48,176 nucleotides of DNA from Candidatus Yanofskybacteria bacterium (GTDB lineage Bacteria; Patescibacteriota; Minisyncoccia; 2-02-FULL-40-12; GWA2-44-9). The translations under genes were made by a program, and so were the position numbers. Positions 21,016-29,893 of the stretch are shown piece by piece. Where the stretch lies: assembly GCA_016181145.1 (NCBI GenBank), contig JACOZW010000022.1, forward strand, positions 1-48,176, read 5' to 3'. The notes beneath the pieces were generated by a model. It was not told the origin of the DNA. It did no database searches and saw nothing but the letters and a program-made list of their open reading frames with translations. Each line of letters begins with the position of its first letter. The first letter of the stretch is position 1.

Positions 21016-22332
21016 GTATCCCCATGTTTGGAGCTTGTCGCTGTCATCTCCCCAGGTAGCGCCAATATCGGTGCGATAGAACATATTAATAAGTATGACA
21101 TTATCTATTCTGGAGTAAGCCTGTTTTCGCGCTTCTTCCATGGTTACTCCGGAGCCGGTGATTATAAGATGATAACTGCAATTACCGGCTGTCCGCCAAA
21201 TGCCATCGATTATCTTTACATCACCAAGGTGGATACCTTCAAGATTCGGTTTTTTAAATAAAATTGATAAGTCCCGGTAAATTTCGACTTCTTCTTTATC
21301 TTCATAGGGAAATGGCGGAACTACGCACACCACTCCAACCTGAAATCCTCTCTTGGTTCTCAGGTCGTAGTGCTGGCCGTTAGCGATGGCGTGTAAAAAT
21401 TCTCCCCACTCGCTCATCACGCCTTCCTGCTGAATGTTGATGGTCGGATAGCCGAATCTGCAGGTAAATTCGAGTGGATAGATTCCACGTCCGTTAACTA
21501 TGCAGTTTATATCAATATATCCAACATATTTTGCTTTGCGGAGATCTTCCTCCATTTTGCCGGTTGTTTCTCTGAATAGTTTGTTTGGTTCGCACCAAAA
21601 CATTGATGTCCCCATTTCTCCGGTCATCAATCCAAGCTCTCCCGGGAAAAGTCTTTTGTGTTCAAAGGCGACGAGTATGGGAGTAATAAATTTATCTCCG
21701 TTAAAAAAGGCGGACGCCCCCACCTCGACACCGTTAACGAATTTTTGCAGCTGGAAATGTTTTATTTTTTTACTGAAAACTTTTTTATTCTGTTCGAGTA
21801 TCTCGTATAGATCTTTCCCATCCTCTTCTTTGCCGGCAAACAGCAAGCTTTTGAGGTCGCTTGGAATAAATCCTGACGGTTTATAAACGTAGCGTCCCGG
21901 ATTTTCTTTTATGAACTGAAGGGCTTTATCGTAATCATCAAAGTCCCAAGAGGGGAGAGTTAACATTCCAAGGCGTTTCATTTCTGCCTGTCCGAATTCT
22001 CGGTTATCCTCCAGCGAGTCCGTATATTCACTACCGCCTATAACCGGCTTGCCTGCTTTGCGCAGTTTATCAGCTTCTTTACCAAAACCGATATCGTCAA
22101 AGACAACAACATCGGCCCAATCTACCAGAGATTTCCAGTCGGTAACTTTTTCCAGCATGCCGTCATATTCATCGGTTACATTTTTTATATAGCACTTAAC
22201 TTCATGTCCCTCGTTTTTTATCTTCCAAGCTAAATCTCCCGAGAGCGCCTCCCAGGATACAAATAAAAATTTATATTTATTTTTTTCTGGATGGCTTCCA
22301 TTCCCATCCCCATTTTTATTTTGATCGTTCAT
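21007..22332 (-). CDS. Phosphoribosylamine-glycine ligase (PurD)-like ATP-grasp protein
   Basis: LEDNREFG, YVYKP, EHKRLFPGELGLMTGEMG, LEFTCRFGYP, YRTDIG. Confidence 0.75.
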   Translation of the reverse strand: MNDQNKNGDGNGSHPEKNKYKFLFVSWEALSGDLAWKIKNEGHEVKCYIKNVTDEYDGMLEKVTDWKSLVDWADVVVFDDIGFGKEADKLRKAGKPVIGGSEYTDSLEDNREFGQAEMKRLGMLTLPSWDFDDYDKALQFIKENPGRYVYKPSGFIPSDLKSLLFAGKEEDGKDLYEILEQNKKVFSKKIKHFQLQKFVNGVEVGASAFFNGDKFITPILVAFEHKRLFPGELGLMTGEMGTSMFWCEPNKLFRETTGKMEEDLRKAKYVGYIDINCIVNGRGIYPLEFTCRFGYPTINIQQEGVMSEWGEFLHAIANGQHYDLRTKRGFQVGVVCVVPPFPYEDKEEVEIYRDLSILFKKPNLEGIHLGDVKIIDGIWRTAGNCSYHLIITGSGVTMEEARKQAYSRIDNVILINMFYRTDIGATWGDDSDKLQTWGYLY

Positions 22333-22399
22333 ATTTTTTTATTTCTAATTTAAATTTACGCTTATTCAGGATTCTCTACAAGAAATTCTGTGCATAACC

Positions 22400-22428
22400 T
22401 TGAAAAATCTATTTATTTTTTATAGAAT
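22400..22428 (+). promoter_or_regulatory. hpf promoter, probably leaderless transcript
   Basis: TTGAAA-17 nt-TAGAAT; ATG 6 nt after the -10. Confidence 0.55.
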
Positions 22429-22434
22429 TAACTT

Positions 22435-22755
22435 ATGAAAATAATATTATCTGGAAAAAATATGCAGCTCGACGAGCCATTAAAAGTTTTTGTCGAGGAT
22501 AGAATCGGTAGCTTAGAAAAATTTTTGGGTGATGGACCGGTTGAGGCGAGAGTTGAGATCGGCTTGCCCTCAAAACATCACCGTTCGGGCAGAATATATT
22601 ATGCCGAGGTTAATTTAAAAATGGGAAGTAAATTACTGCGCGCGACTTGCCAGCACGAGGACATGCGTAATGCGATAGTTGATGCCAAGAATGAACTTCA
22701 AAGACAGATAAAGAAGTTTAAGGGAAAGATTAGTGATTCTCGAAGATTAAGTTAA
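22435..22755 (+). CDS. hpf: Ribosome hibernation promoting factor (HPF/RaiA)
   Basis: MKIILSGKN...KVFVEDRIGSLEKF...AEVNL...AIVDAKNELQRQIKKFK; upstream of secA as in many bacteria. Confidence 0.88.
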   Translation: MKIILSGKNMQLDEPLKVFVEDRIGSLEKFLGDGPVEARVEIGLPSKHHRSGRIYYAEVNLKMGSKLLRATCQHEDMRNAIVDAKNELQRQIKKFKGKISDSRRLS

Positions 22756-22801
22756 TAAATAAAACCACTAGCGCTTCATAGTCACCATACCCTATAGATT
22801 A

Positions 22802-22829
22802 TTGACAAATTGCCAGTATATTATATACT
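22802..22829 (+). promoter_or_regulatory. sigma70-like promoter
   Basis: TTGACA-16 nt-TATACT. Confidence 0.6.
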
Positions 22830-22865
22830 CCCGGAGATGTTTCTTGACAAAACAAGGAGTCAGCT

Positions 22866-23360
22866 GTGGGTACGGCGTTTACAATCCGGCAATTAAGCAG
22901 TGAAAAATCTGTCAGTTCAGCAGATGACCAATCGCTTATTCTGCCAACCAGACGCGATGCCGTGTTGGTAAAAATTAATAAATTTAGGACAGAAAATCTA
23001 AAAGTTCGGCAATCAGATGAGAGTCAATACTTGGCTAAAAAAGTAGACTCACTATTTTTAAAGCTTTGCTTATCTAAGTTAGGCCTTTCGAGAGGACAAT
23101 TAGCTCAACTGGAACCGCAGGAACTTGAGGAGGTGGCCGCGGTCGTGTATCAGCAGTCTAGGCCGGTAGCCATTTCTCATGCATGTATTTTAGCATGCAT
23201 TCCCATAGCCGGTTGGATCATCTTGACAGCATCATTGTTGAATAGCAGACAGCCGGACTTAGATTTTTGGGTTAATATGCGGTACTACTTTTGGTATAGA
23301 AGAATGAAAAATAAATATGGTCAAGATTTTAAGCCTCAACCGGTCAACCAATATTACTAA
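22866..23360 (+). CDS. Hypothetical membrane protein
   Basis: SD AAGGAG, GTG start, hydrophobic segment, own promoter and terminator. Confidence 0.7.
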   Translation: MGTAFTIRQLSSEKSVSSADDQSLILPTRRDAVLVKINKFRTENLKVRQSDESQYLAKKVDSLFLKLCLSKLGLSRGQLAQLEPQELEEVAAVVYQQSRPVAISHACILACIPIAGWIILTASLLNSRQPDLDFWVNMRYYFWYRRMKNKYGQDFKPQPVNQYY

Positions 23361-23468
23361 GATGATATCTAGGCTTGCATCTAGCCCTCCAAGTTCGTTT
23401 TATTTCGGATGTTTTTCTTAGTCTTCCCGGCACTTAAATTTTCTCTTAATTTTTTTTTAGCCACTACC

Positions 23469-23491
23469 GCCGAGTCAATCTCGGCTTTTTT
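23469..23491 (+). terminator. Intrinsic terminator
   Basis: GCCGAG-5 nt-CTCGGC-TTTTTT. Confidence 0.7.
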
Positions 23492-23613
23492 ATTACAAAT
23501 AAAAACCAGAAAGTTCGGGTAGTGCTTCTTTTGATTATTGAAGTTATGCAATGCCATGGAGTTGGGCTTGATTTTTGTAAAAAGCCTTGTTTCTGCTATA
23601 CTAATGTAGCTTT

Positions 23614-26412
23614 ATGTCTATATTGGGTAAAATCTTCGGCGATGCTAATGAGCGGTATATCAAGTCGCTTGAGCCTTTGGTTGCCCAGATCGACGAACTC
23701 GAACAAGAATATGGGAAGCTTTCGGATGGGCAGTTAAAATCTAAAACAGTTGAATTTAAAAAACTATTGGCTAGTGGCTATTCGCTAGACGCTATCTTAC
23801 CCGAAGCTTTTGCTGCGGTCCGCGAAGCTTCCAAAAGAACGCTTGGCCAGCGGCATTTTGATGTCCAGCTGATGGGAGGAATTGTTCTGCATCAGGGCAA
23901 GATCGCGGAAATGAGAACCGGAGAAGGCAAGACCCTTGTTGCCACATTGCCGGCATACTTAAATGCTTTAACCGGCGAAGGTGTACATATAGTTTCAGTT
24001 AACGATTATTTGGTTAGGCGCGATACTGCTTGGATGGGCCAGATTTACAACGCTCTTGGATTAAGCGTCGGATGTATCAACCATGACGGCAGTTATCTTT
24101 ATGATGCCGCTCATTCCTCCTCCGCTAAAGCTTCGGAGGACAAGCAGAAAAATGATGATGAGCTTGATAAAACAAGAGATTCTACCGGAGCGTTCCATGT
24201 TGTTTATGAATTTTTGCGTCCTGTAGATAAAAAAGAAGCCTACTCTGCCGACATTACCTACGGTACTAATAATGAGTATGGTTTTGATTATTTGCGTGAC
24301 AATATGGCCTATCAGGCTGAGAGTATGTCCCAAAGACCTAACCACGCATACGCCATAGTAGACGAAGTCGACTCTATTTTAATAGATGAAGCCCGTACTC
24401 CGCTTATTATTTCCGCTCCCGATACTGATTCCGGTAAGCTCTATGATACTTTTTCTAAACTGGTGCCGCGACTTAGTGAAAATGAAGACTACAATGTTGA
24501 TGAAAAATTGAAGGCCGTCAGTATCACCGAGGCCGGCATTGAGAAAGTAGAAAAAATGCTCGGCCTCTCTAATATATATGATGAGGGAGGGGTAAGGCAT
24601 GTTCATCATCTGGAGCAGGCGCTTAAGGCCAATATCTTATTCAAGCGTGACCGTGATTATGTTGTTAAGGACGGTGAAGTTATTATCGTCGATGAATTTA
24701 CGGGACGCTTAATGCCCGGCCGGCGCTGGTCGGAGGGTCTCCATCAGGCCGTTGAGGCAAAAGAAGGCGTCAGTATCCAGAAAGAATCACGCACTCTTGC
24801 CACGATTACCTTTCAGAATTATTTCCGTTTATACAAAAAAATCTCAGGTATGACCGGAACCGCCAGAACATCAGCCGAGGAGCTTCACAAGGTTTATAAT
24901 GTTGATGTAATTTCTGTTCCCACCAATAAGCCCGCTATCCGCCAAGACATAGCTGACAGAATATACAAAAACGAGGTAGGGAAGCTGAGGGCGGTTGCGA
25001 GGGAAGTTAAGGAGCGGAATGAAAAAGGTCAGCCGGTACTGGTCGGTACCGTATCTATAGAAAAGAACGAACTTTTATCAAAACTTTTAGAAAGAGAGGG
25101 GGTCAGGCATAATATTTTAAATGCCAAGAACCACGAGAAAGAAGCAGAGATAATCTCACAGGCGGGGCGTCTTGGCGCAGTAACAATAGCGACCAATATG
25201 GCCGGACGAGGCGTTGATATTCTGCTTGGCGGTAACCCGCCTGATTCAGATGAGGCTGAAAAGGTTCGCGGGCTGGGCGGTTTGCATGTAATCGGCACTG
25301 AACGTCACGAAGCCAGGAGAATAGATGACCAGCTTCGTGGACGAGCCGGAAGGCAGGGTGATCCTGGATCCTCTCAGTTTTTTGTTTCGACTGAGGATGA
25401 TGTTATTAGGGTTTTTGGTGGTGATCGCCTCAAGAATTTAATGGAACGGCTCGGAATAGGTGAAGATGATATGATAGAAAACCGCTTTGTTTCAAATGCT
25501 ATTGAGCAAGCCCAGTCTAGAATTGAAGGCCATAATTTCGATATTCGCAAATATGTTCTTGAATATGACGATGTAATGAATAAACATCGCGACGGGATAT
25601 ATCGTCTGCGAAAAGAAACTTTATTTTCAGAGAGTATCAAGGAGACGGTCTTGGGATATGTTATGGATGTTGTTAAGCAGATAGTTAATCTTCATGCTCC
25701 GGAAGATGAAATGATTGAATGGAATACCGAAGAAATAGCTGAATCAATCAAGGCACTTATTGGCAAAGATAATAACTTACATACCGAACTTATAGAAATG
25801 GCTGGTAACCGTGACCACCATAAAGTATTAGAATTTGTTTTTGATTATATCGTTAAAGCTTACGAAGCTAAGGAGGGGGAAGTGGGTCCGTCTCCAATGC
25901 GTCCCGTTAGAAGTCTCGCTCGCACCGAAGGCGCGAGTCCGGAGGACCTCGGCGAGGCTACTTCTAACGGGATGCGGCAATTAGAAAAGTATGTTTTATT
26001 GAGAACGATAGATGAGCTATGGATGGATCACATCGAATCAATGGAACAGCTTCGCGACTCGGTTCGGCTTCGTGCCTACGGCCAGAGGGACCCGTTGGTT
26101 GAGTATAAAATAGAGGGACAGAAAATGTTTGAGCAGTTACAAAATTCGGTTAAGGGCCAAGTGGCAAGCACGATATTCAAGGTCTCATTTATGCAACAGC
26201 CAAAGGAAGTTAAGATGGAGGAACGCCGGCCCGATATTATTCAGGATGAACATAGTCACCAAGCCCAGATAAGCGAACCCCTTCATCGCCAAGGCTATGA
26301 AGGGCAGGCGGCTCATCGGCCTCCAGCTCAAAATGAGCATCCTGATGTCGGAAGAAATGACCCCTGCTGGTGCGGAAGCGGTAAGAAGTATAAAAAGTGT
26401 CATGGTGCCTAG
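23614..26412 (+). CDS. secA: Preprotein translocase ATPase SecA
   Basis: [47 protein letters not shown]-terminal SEC-C motif [19 protein letters not shown]. Confidence 0.99.
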   Translation: MSILGKIFGDANERYIKSLEPLVAQIDELEQEYGKLSDGQLKSKTVEFKKLLASGYSLDAILPEAFAAVREASKRTLGQRHFDVQLMGGIVLHQGKIAEMRTGEGKTLVATLPAYLNALTGEGVHIVSVNDYLVRRDTAWMGQIYNALGLSVGCINHDGSYLYDAAHSSSAKASEDKQKNDDELDKTRDSTGAFHVVYEFLRPVDKKEAYSADITYGTNNEYGFDYLRDNMAYQAESMSQRPNHAYAIVDEVDSILIDEARTPLIISAPDTDSGKLYDTFSKLVPRLSENEDYNVDEKLKAVSITEAGIEKVEKMLGLSNIYDEGGVRHVHHLEQALKANILFKRDRDYVVKDGEVIIVDEFTGRLMPGRRWSEGLHQAVEAKEGVSIQKESRTLATITFQNYFRLYKKISGMTGTARTSAEELHKVYNVDVISVPTNKPAIRQDIADRIYKNEVGKLRAVAREVKERNEKGQPVLVGTVSIEKNELLSKLLEREGVRHNILNAKNHEKEAEIISQAGRLGAVTIATNMAGRGVDILLGGNPPDSDEAEKVRGLGGLHVIGTERHEARRIDDQLRGRAGRQGDPGSSQFFVSTEDDVIRVFGGDRLKNLMERLGIGEDDMIENRFVSNAIEQAQSRIEGHNFDIRKYVLEYDDVMNKHRDGIYRLRKETLFSESIKETVLGYVMDVVKQIVNLHAPEDEMIEWNTEEIAESIKALIGKDNNLHTELIEMAGNRDHHKVLEFVFDYIVKAYEAKEGEVGPSPMRPVRSLARTEGASPEDLGEATSNGMRQLEKYVLLRTIDELWMDHIESMEQLRDSVRLRAYGQRDPLVEYKIEGQKMFEQLQNSVKGQVASTIFKVSFMQQPKEVKMEERRPDIIQDEHSHQAQISEPLHRQGYEGQAAHRPPAQNEHPDVGRNDPCWCGSGKKYKKCHGA
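24118..24144. repeat. REP-like hairpin in frame within secA
   Basis: TCCTCCG-CTAAAGCTT-CGGAGGA-CAAG; reads SSAKASEDK. Confidence 0.6.
25897..25976. mobile_element. MITE-like palindromic element inserted in frame in secA
   Basis: 13-bp perfect IR TCCCGTTAGAAGT / ACTTCTAACGGGA, flanked by ATGCG direct repeats 75 nt apart. Confidence 0.8.
26279..26308. repeat. REP-like hairpin in frame within the secA C-terminal linker
   Basis: CCCTTCAT-CGCCAAGGCT-ATGAAGGG-CAGG. Confidence 0.55.
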
Positions 26413-27110
26413 TTTTTCCAGATAAGCTCGAAAATAGACTTGGCCATTTTTGAGAAAGATTGATTTTCAATAACAAAACCAAGGCCATTTTTTTCGAATA
26501 ATATTATGCAAACTTTTTTGTCATAAATTAAAATATATCCGGGGAAATCCATACTCTTAACAAACTTTGCTTGATTTAAGCGGGGATTGCTTACGGATTC
26601 ATCGCCTTCAAAACGAATTGAGCGGGCAAGTATATTTTTCATTCTTCTCCGATGGCCGTAACCAAACTTTCCTCCGATAAATTGCAGTAGTTCCCTGGAG
26701 GATCCTATAGATAAAATTATCCTTTCTTTCGTATCCAGTGCGTCTTCAATTAAACTCTTGATGGCTTCTTCGCCGTAATATGTTTTAATCTCTGAATTTG
26801 AAGATGTTTTACGCATCTCCTTTTGCAGTTCGGGAATAATCCTCTCGGTTAGTATCAATCTCTGCTCAAAGTGGGATTTAATCTTATTTGGATTTTCAGC
26901 TACGAATCTTTTAGTGCCTCGAGAAGTATAAGTACTAACAAGGCCCAAGCTTATTAAATGCTCTAACATATGGTAGACGCTGGTTCTGATAATTCCTGTT
27001 TCCTCGGCTATTCGGCTTACCGGGGCATCAGCTAAATAGAGGAGTGCTCGATATACTCTCTCAGTTTTCTCGTCTAATCCCAAAAAGCTCAGAATATTGT
27101 TTTTTGACAT
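26409..27110 (-). CDS. TrmB-family transcriptional regulator
   Basis: [15 protein letters not shown]...[19 protein letters not shown]...GLV winged [22 protein letters not shown]. Confidence 0.85.
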   Translation of the reverse strand: MSKNNILSFLGLDEKTERVYRALLYLADAPVSRIAEETGIIRTSVYHMLEHLISLGLVSTYTSRGTKRFVAENPNKIKSHFEQRLILTERIIPELQKEMRKTSSNSEIKTYYGEEAIKSLIEDALDTKERIILSIGSSRELLQFIGGKFGYGHRRRMKNILARSIRFEGDESVSNPRLNQAKFVKSMDFPGYILIYDKKVCIILFEKNGLGFVIENQSFSKMAKSIFELIWKN

Positions 27111-27130
27111 AATTTGGATTTTATTGATTT

Positions 27131-27185
27131 TTGACGATAATTTTCGTCAACATTTTAAGTATAGCAAAAAGCCAGTAAAAATCAA
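27131..27185 (-). promoter_or_regulatory. TrmB promoter with a downstream palindromic operator candidate
   Basis: TTGATT-16 nt-TATACT with extended TG at 27158-27185; near-perfect palindrome TTGACGATAATTTTCGTCAA at 27131-27150. Confidence 0.6.
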
Positions 27186-27281
27186 GGTTTTAATTGACTA
27201 CTAAATCCATAATTAAAATTTTTCAGCAAAGATTCTTGTTTAGCATTATGCTTAGGTTGTTCTTTAAAAAGGAGGAACCAA

Positions 27282-27545
27282 GTGAAAAGACTAATGGATT
27301 ATTGGACTATGAAAGAATTATCTAAGTTGGAAATTGGTTCAGAGGTGGGCTATGGAGAACTATTAAGACATTTAGGCGAGTGGGGTGATGTTGAAGACAT
27401 TCTATGCACACTAAATCTATTAGTAGAAGAAGATTATATATCTATAACTAATCTGCGTTATAGAAGTCATGGTTTTTTACATTTCTACATAAAGAAGATT
27501 AAGAATATTCCAACAGATGATTTTAGATCCCTAAATAAAACCTAA
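27282..27545 (+). CDS. Hypothetical protein, possible winged helix
   Basis: Strong SD AAAAGGAGG, GTG start, 87 aa. Confidence 0.6.
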   Translation: MKRLMDYWTMKELSKLEIGSEVGYGELLRHLGEWGDVEDILCTLNLLVEEDYISITNLRYRSHGFLHFYIKKIKNIPTDDFRSLNKT

Positions 27546-27558
27546 AAGGAGGAATGAA

Positions 27559-27810
27559 ATGGCAACGACACAAGCTGATATTCGCGGATGGCTTAACGAA
27601 GCTAAGAAGATGAAGGCAACTCATGTTATTGTGGTATGTGATACTTTTGACTGGGAAGACTATCCGGTCTATGTGGCTTCGAATGAAGATGTTAGAAAAA
27701 AGTACTCAGAATACAATGGCCCCAATATGCAGAAGGTCATGGAAGTTTATTCTTTGAAAATTGATATCGAGAGCCAGCTTAATGAACGCCGGGCTTTCCA
27801 TTTTGACTAG
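27559..27810 (+). CDS. Small hypothetical protein with a phage-like appearance
   Basis: SD AAAAGGAGG; ATHVIVVCDTFDWEDYPVYV core. Confidence 0.75.
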   Translation: MATTQADIRGWLNEAKKMKATHVIVVCDTFDWEDYPVYVASNEDVRKKYSEYNGPNMQKVMEVYSLKIDIESQLNERRAFHFD

Positions 27811-27816
27811 TTTTAT

Positions 27817-27842
27817 AAGCCGCTCTATGCGGCTTTATTTTA
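27817..27842 (+). terminator. Intrinsic terminator
   Basis: AAGCCGC-5 nt-GCGGCTT followed by a T-rich tract. Confidence 0.7.
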
Positions 27843-27915
27843 TATCGGAATACTGTTATTTTGTAATTATGAAGATAGTTTCCTAATAATATAAAAATTC
27901 AAAAAATGTCATGGG

Positions 27916-28119
27916 AAATAAAGAGGCCTGGCATCGAAAGATGTCAGGCCGATGAGAGGTTTTCCCGCTGACTACGACCGCTTTGGCTGGGCCCACACCC
28001 CGCTCGCCTTATGGGAATCGCATCCCATCCACGGTACTACCTCTCGTGGGAGTTGAACCCACCACCTACTTGATCTCAATGAATAAAAGCAAATAGGTGA
28101 TGAGTTCGAACTGTTTTCC
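27916..28119 (-). ncRNA. Candidate structured non-coding RNA (~200 nt), family not recognised
   Basis: Dedicated promoter, terminal hairpin with U-tract, 18-bp helix whose three non-Watson-Crick pairs are G-U only on the minus strand, T-arm-like hairpin. Confidence 0.6.
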
Positions 28120-28124
28120 ACTGT

Positions 28125-28152
28125 AGTATAGCAAATCCACATAGTTTGTCAA
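28125..28152 (-). promoter_or_regulatory. Strong sigma70-like promoter of the candidate ncRNA
   Basis: TTGACA-16 nt-TATACT with an extended -10 TG. Confidence 0.7.
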
Positions 28153-28250
28153 TAGCTGGAAAAAGGTCTTAGAATGAGGACAAATTAACCCCATAGGTTA
28201 GCATCTAGTAAATCTCAAGAAGTAACGTGGGTGTCATAAGTAATAAAAAT

Positions 28251-28673
28251 ATGGACAATAATTTTATGGAAAATATTCAGAGAAGGGTCATGGGTTTATT
28301 GCTGACACGATCCGGTAATCTGCAAGTCGCGGCCAGAGATCAATGTAGCGAAGTGGCAAGAATAGTCGGTTGTTGGATACTGGATGAATATCCTGAGCAT
28401 GGAGTGCAAATTTGTAAGGGAACGTTTTCCGATGAATCGTCTCATGATATTTTGATCATTGATGACGGAAAATTATTATTTCTGGTAGATCCGACAATAT
28501 GGCAAAAGTTTCCAGAAAGTGAAAACATTTTTGTCGGGTCAGTTAATGATATGCCAGGGGCAGTCAGTTTTCTTGAAGAGAAATACGGCGGGACGTGGAA
28601 ATTATCAGAAATTATGCAGAAATGTGATGAAAACTATCAGCAAGAACTTCTAGATATTATCAAGAAAAATTAG
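28251..28673 (+). CDS. Hypothetical protein, possible transglutaminase-like C/H/D triad
   Basis: DQCSE...SHDIL...VDPTIWQ. Confidence 0.6.
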   Translation: MDNNFMENIQRRVMGLLLTRSGNLQVAARDQCSEVARIVGCWILDEYPEHGVQICKGTFSDESSHDILIIDDGKLLFLVDPTIWQKFPESENIFVGSVNDMPGAVSFLEEKYGGTWKLSEIMQKCDENYQQELLDIIKKN

Positions 28674-28693
28674 CAATAATTATAAGGAATTTC

Positions 28694-28885
28694 ATGGGAA
28701 ATAGGCCAATAATTTGGGGGTTGATATTTTTCGGGATCGGGACGGTTGGCTGGGTTGTTTCTGTTGTTTTTAATGTTGTTACGCTTGGTGCTTTTGCCTG
28801 GATCAGTAATGTGCTGGGGATTATAGCTTTACTAAGTTTACCGATAGCGTTAATCTGTGAGTTGATAAGAAGAAAAAAGAAATGA
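28694..28885 (+). CDS. Small two-TM membrane protein
   Basis: Two hydrophobic stretches, basic tail, ATGA overlap with the next gene. Confidence 0.65.
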   Translation: MGNRPIIWGLIFFGIGTVGWVVSVVFNVVTLGAFAWISNVLGIIALLSLPIALICELIRRKKK

Positions 28886-29871
28886 ATATTCTTTTCAAAA
28901 AATATGTTTATCAGTTGGGTATTATAATTATCCTTCTTTCTGGTGGTGTTGGTTTTTTGTTGGGTTTTCAGATTGAGTCCGATAAATCTTCCGGAGAATT
29001 AAATCCTGTCAGGGAGAAACAGGAGCACTATACTTTTATAAATCCACTTCTTTTTTATAATAACCCCAGTGACGCCGAAGAATACAGCAGGCTTATTCGA
29101 GAAATAAATAGAATTATAAGCGACTCTGAATCTGAAAAAATCTCTGTCTATTATCGTGACCTAAATAAAGGAAAATGGTTTGGTGTTAATGAAGATGAAG
29201 AATATAATCCTGCAAGTATGCTTAAGGTAGTTGTCATGATCGGGTACCTAAAAGAAGCAGAAAATAATCCAGCTATTCTAGCCAAGAGAATAAAATATTC
29301 TGTGGAGGCCGACAGTCTTATAGGTACCATCCCTTATGATCGGGGGACTAGTCTCGTCCTTAATAAAAGCTATGTCGCTCAGGATTTAATTGAAAAAATG
29401 ATTATAGAATCGGATAATGGTGCAACTTATGCTCTTCTTGCAAATATGAATACAGATTTGCTTAATAATATATATATCGATCTCGGCTTAGGTAATCCGG
29501 CAGAGAAGGGTCGTGATTACGCTATATCGTCTAAAAATTACATTTCTTTCTTTAGGTTACTTTATAATGCTACTTATATAAACAGAACAATGTCTGAAAA
29601 AGCACTGTCGATTTTGGCCAGGTCTGACTTTGCGGGTGGTTTAGTTGCGGGTGTTCCAGATTCTATTACAGTTGCCCATAAGTTTGGAGAGAGTGTTCTT
29701 ACTGATCAGGGCAATAATATAAATGCCATAGAGCTTCATGATTGTGGAATTATTTATGCCCCTCAAAAACCGTACATGCTGTGTATTATGACAAGAGGAA
29801 GAGATCTCGATGATTTGAGCCAAATTATTAAAAGCATATCCAAGGTTGTTTATGATAGTGATGTTCGCTAG
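28882..29871 (+). CDS. Membrane-anchored serine hydrolase with class A beta-lactamase-like fold
   Basis: PASMLK (SxxK), SDN, AHKFG, HDCGII; N-terminal TM. Confidence 0.85.
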   Translation: MNILFKKYVYQLGIIIILLSGGVGFLLGFQIESDKSSGELNPVREKQEHYTFINPLLFYNNPSDAEEYSRLIREINRIISDSESEKISVYYRDLNKGKWFGVNEDEEYNPASMLKVVVMIGYLKEAENNPAILAKRIKYSVEADSLIGTIPYDRGTSLVLNKSYVAQDLIEKMIIESDNGATYALLANMNTDLLNNIYIDLGLGNPAEKGRDYAISSKNYISFFRLLYNATYINRTMSEKALSILARSDFAGGLVAGVPDSITVAHKFGESVLTDQGNNINAIELHDCGIIYAPQKPYMLCIMTRGRDLDDLSQIIKSISKVVYDSDVR

Positions 29872-29893
29872 CGCATAATTTATTTATTAAAAG

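Noticed and set aside
28039-28100. Canonical tRNA gene or tmRNA
   Set aside because: A T-arm is present, but there is no room for D and anticodon arms upstream, no CCA and no alanine G3-U70 acceptor; kept only as an ncRNA candidate
28882-29871. Antibiotic-resistance beta-lactamase
   Set aside because: KTG is replaced by KFG and no clear omega-loop ExxLN motif is present; the fold alone does not show resistance
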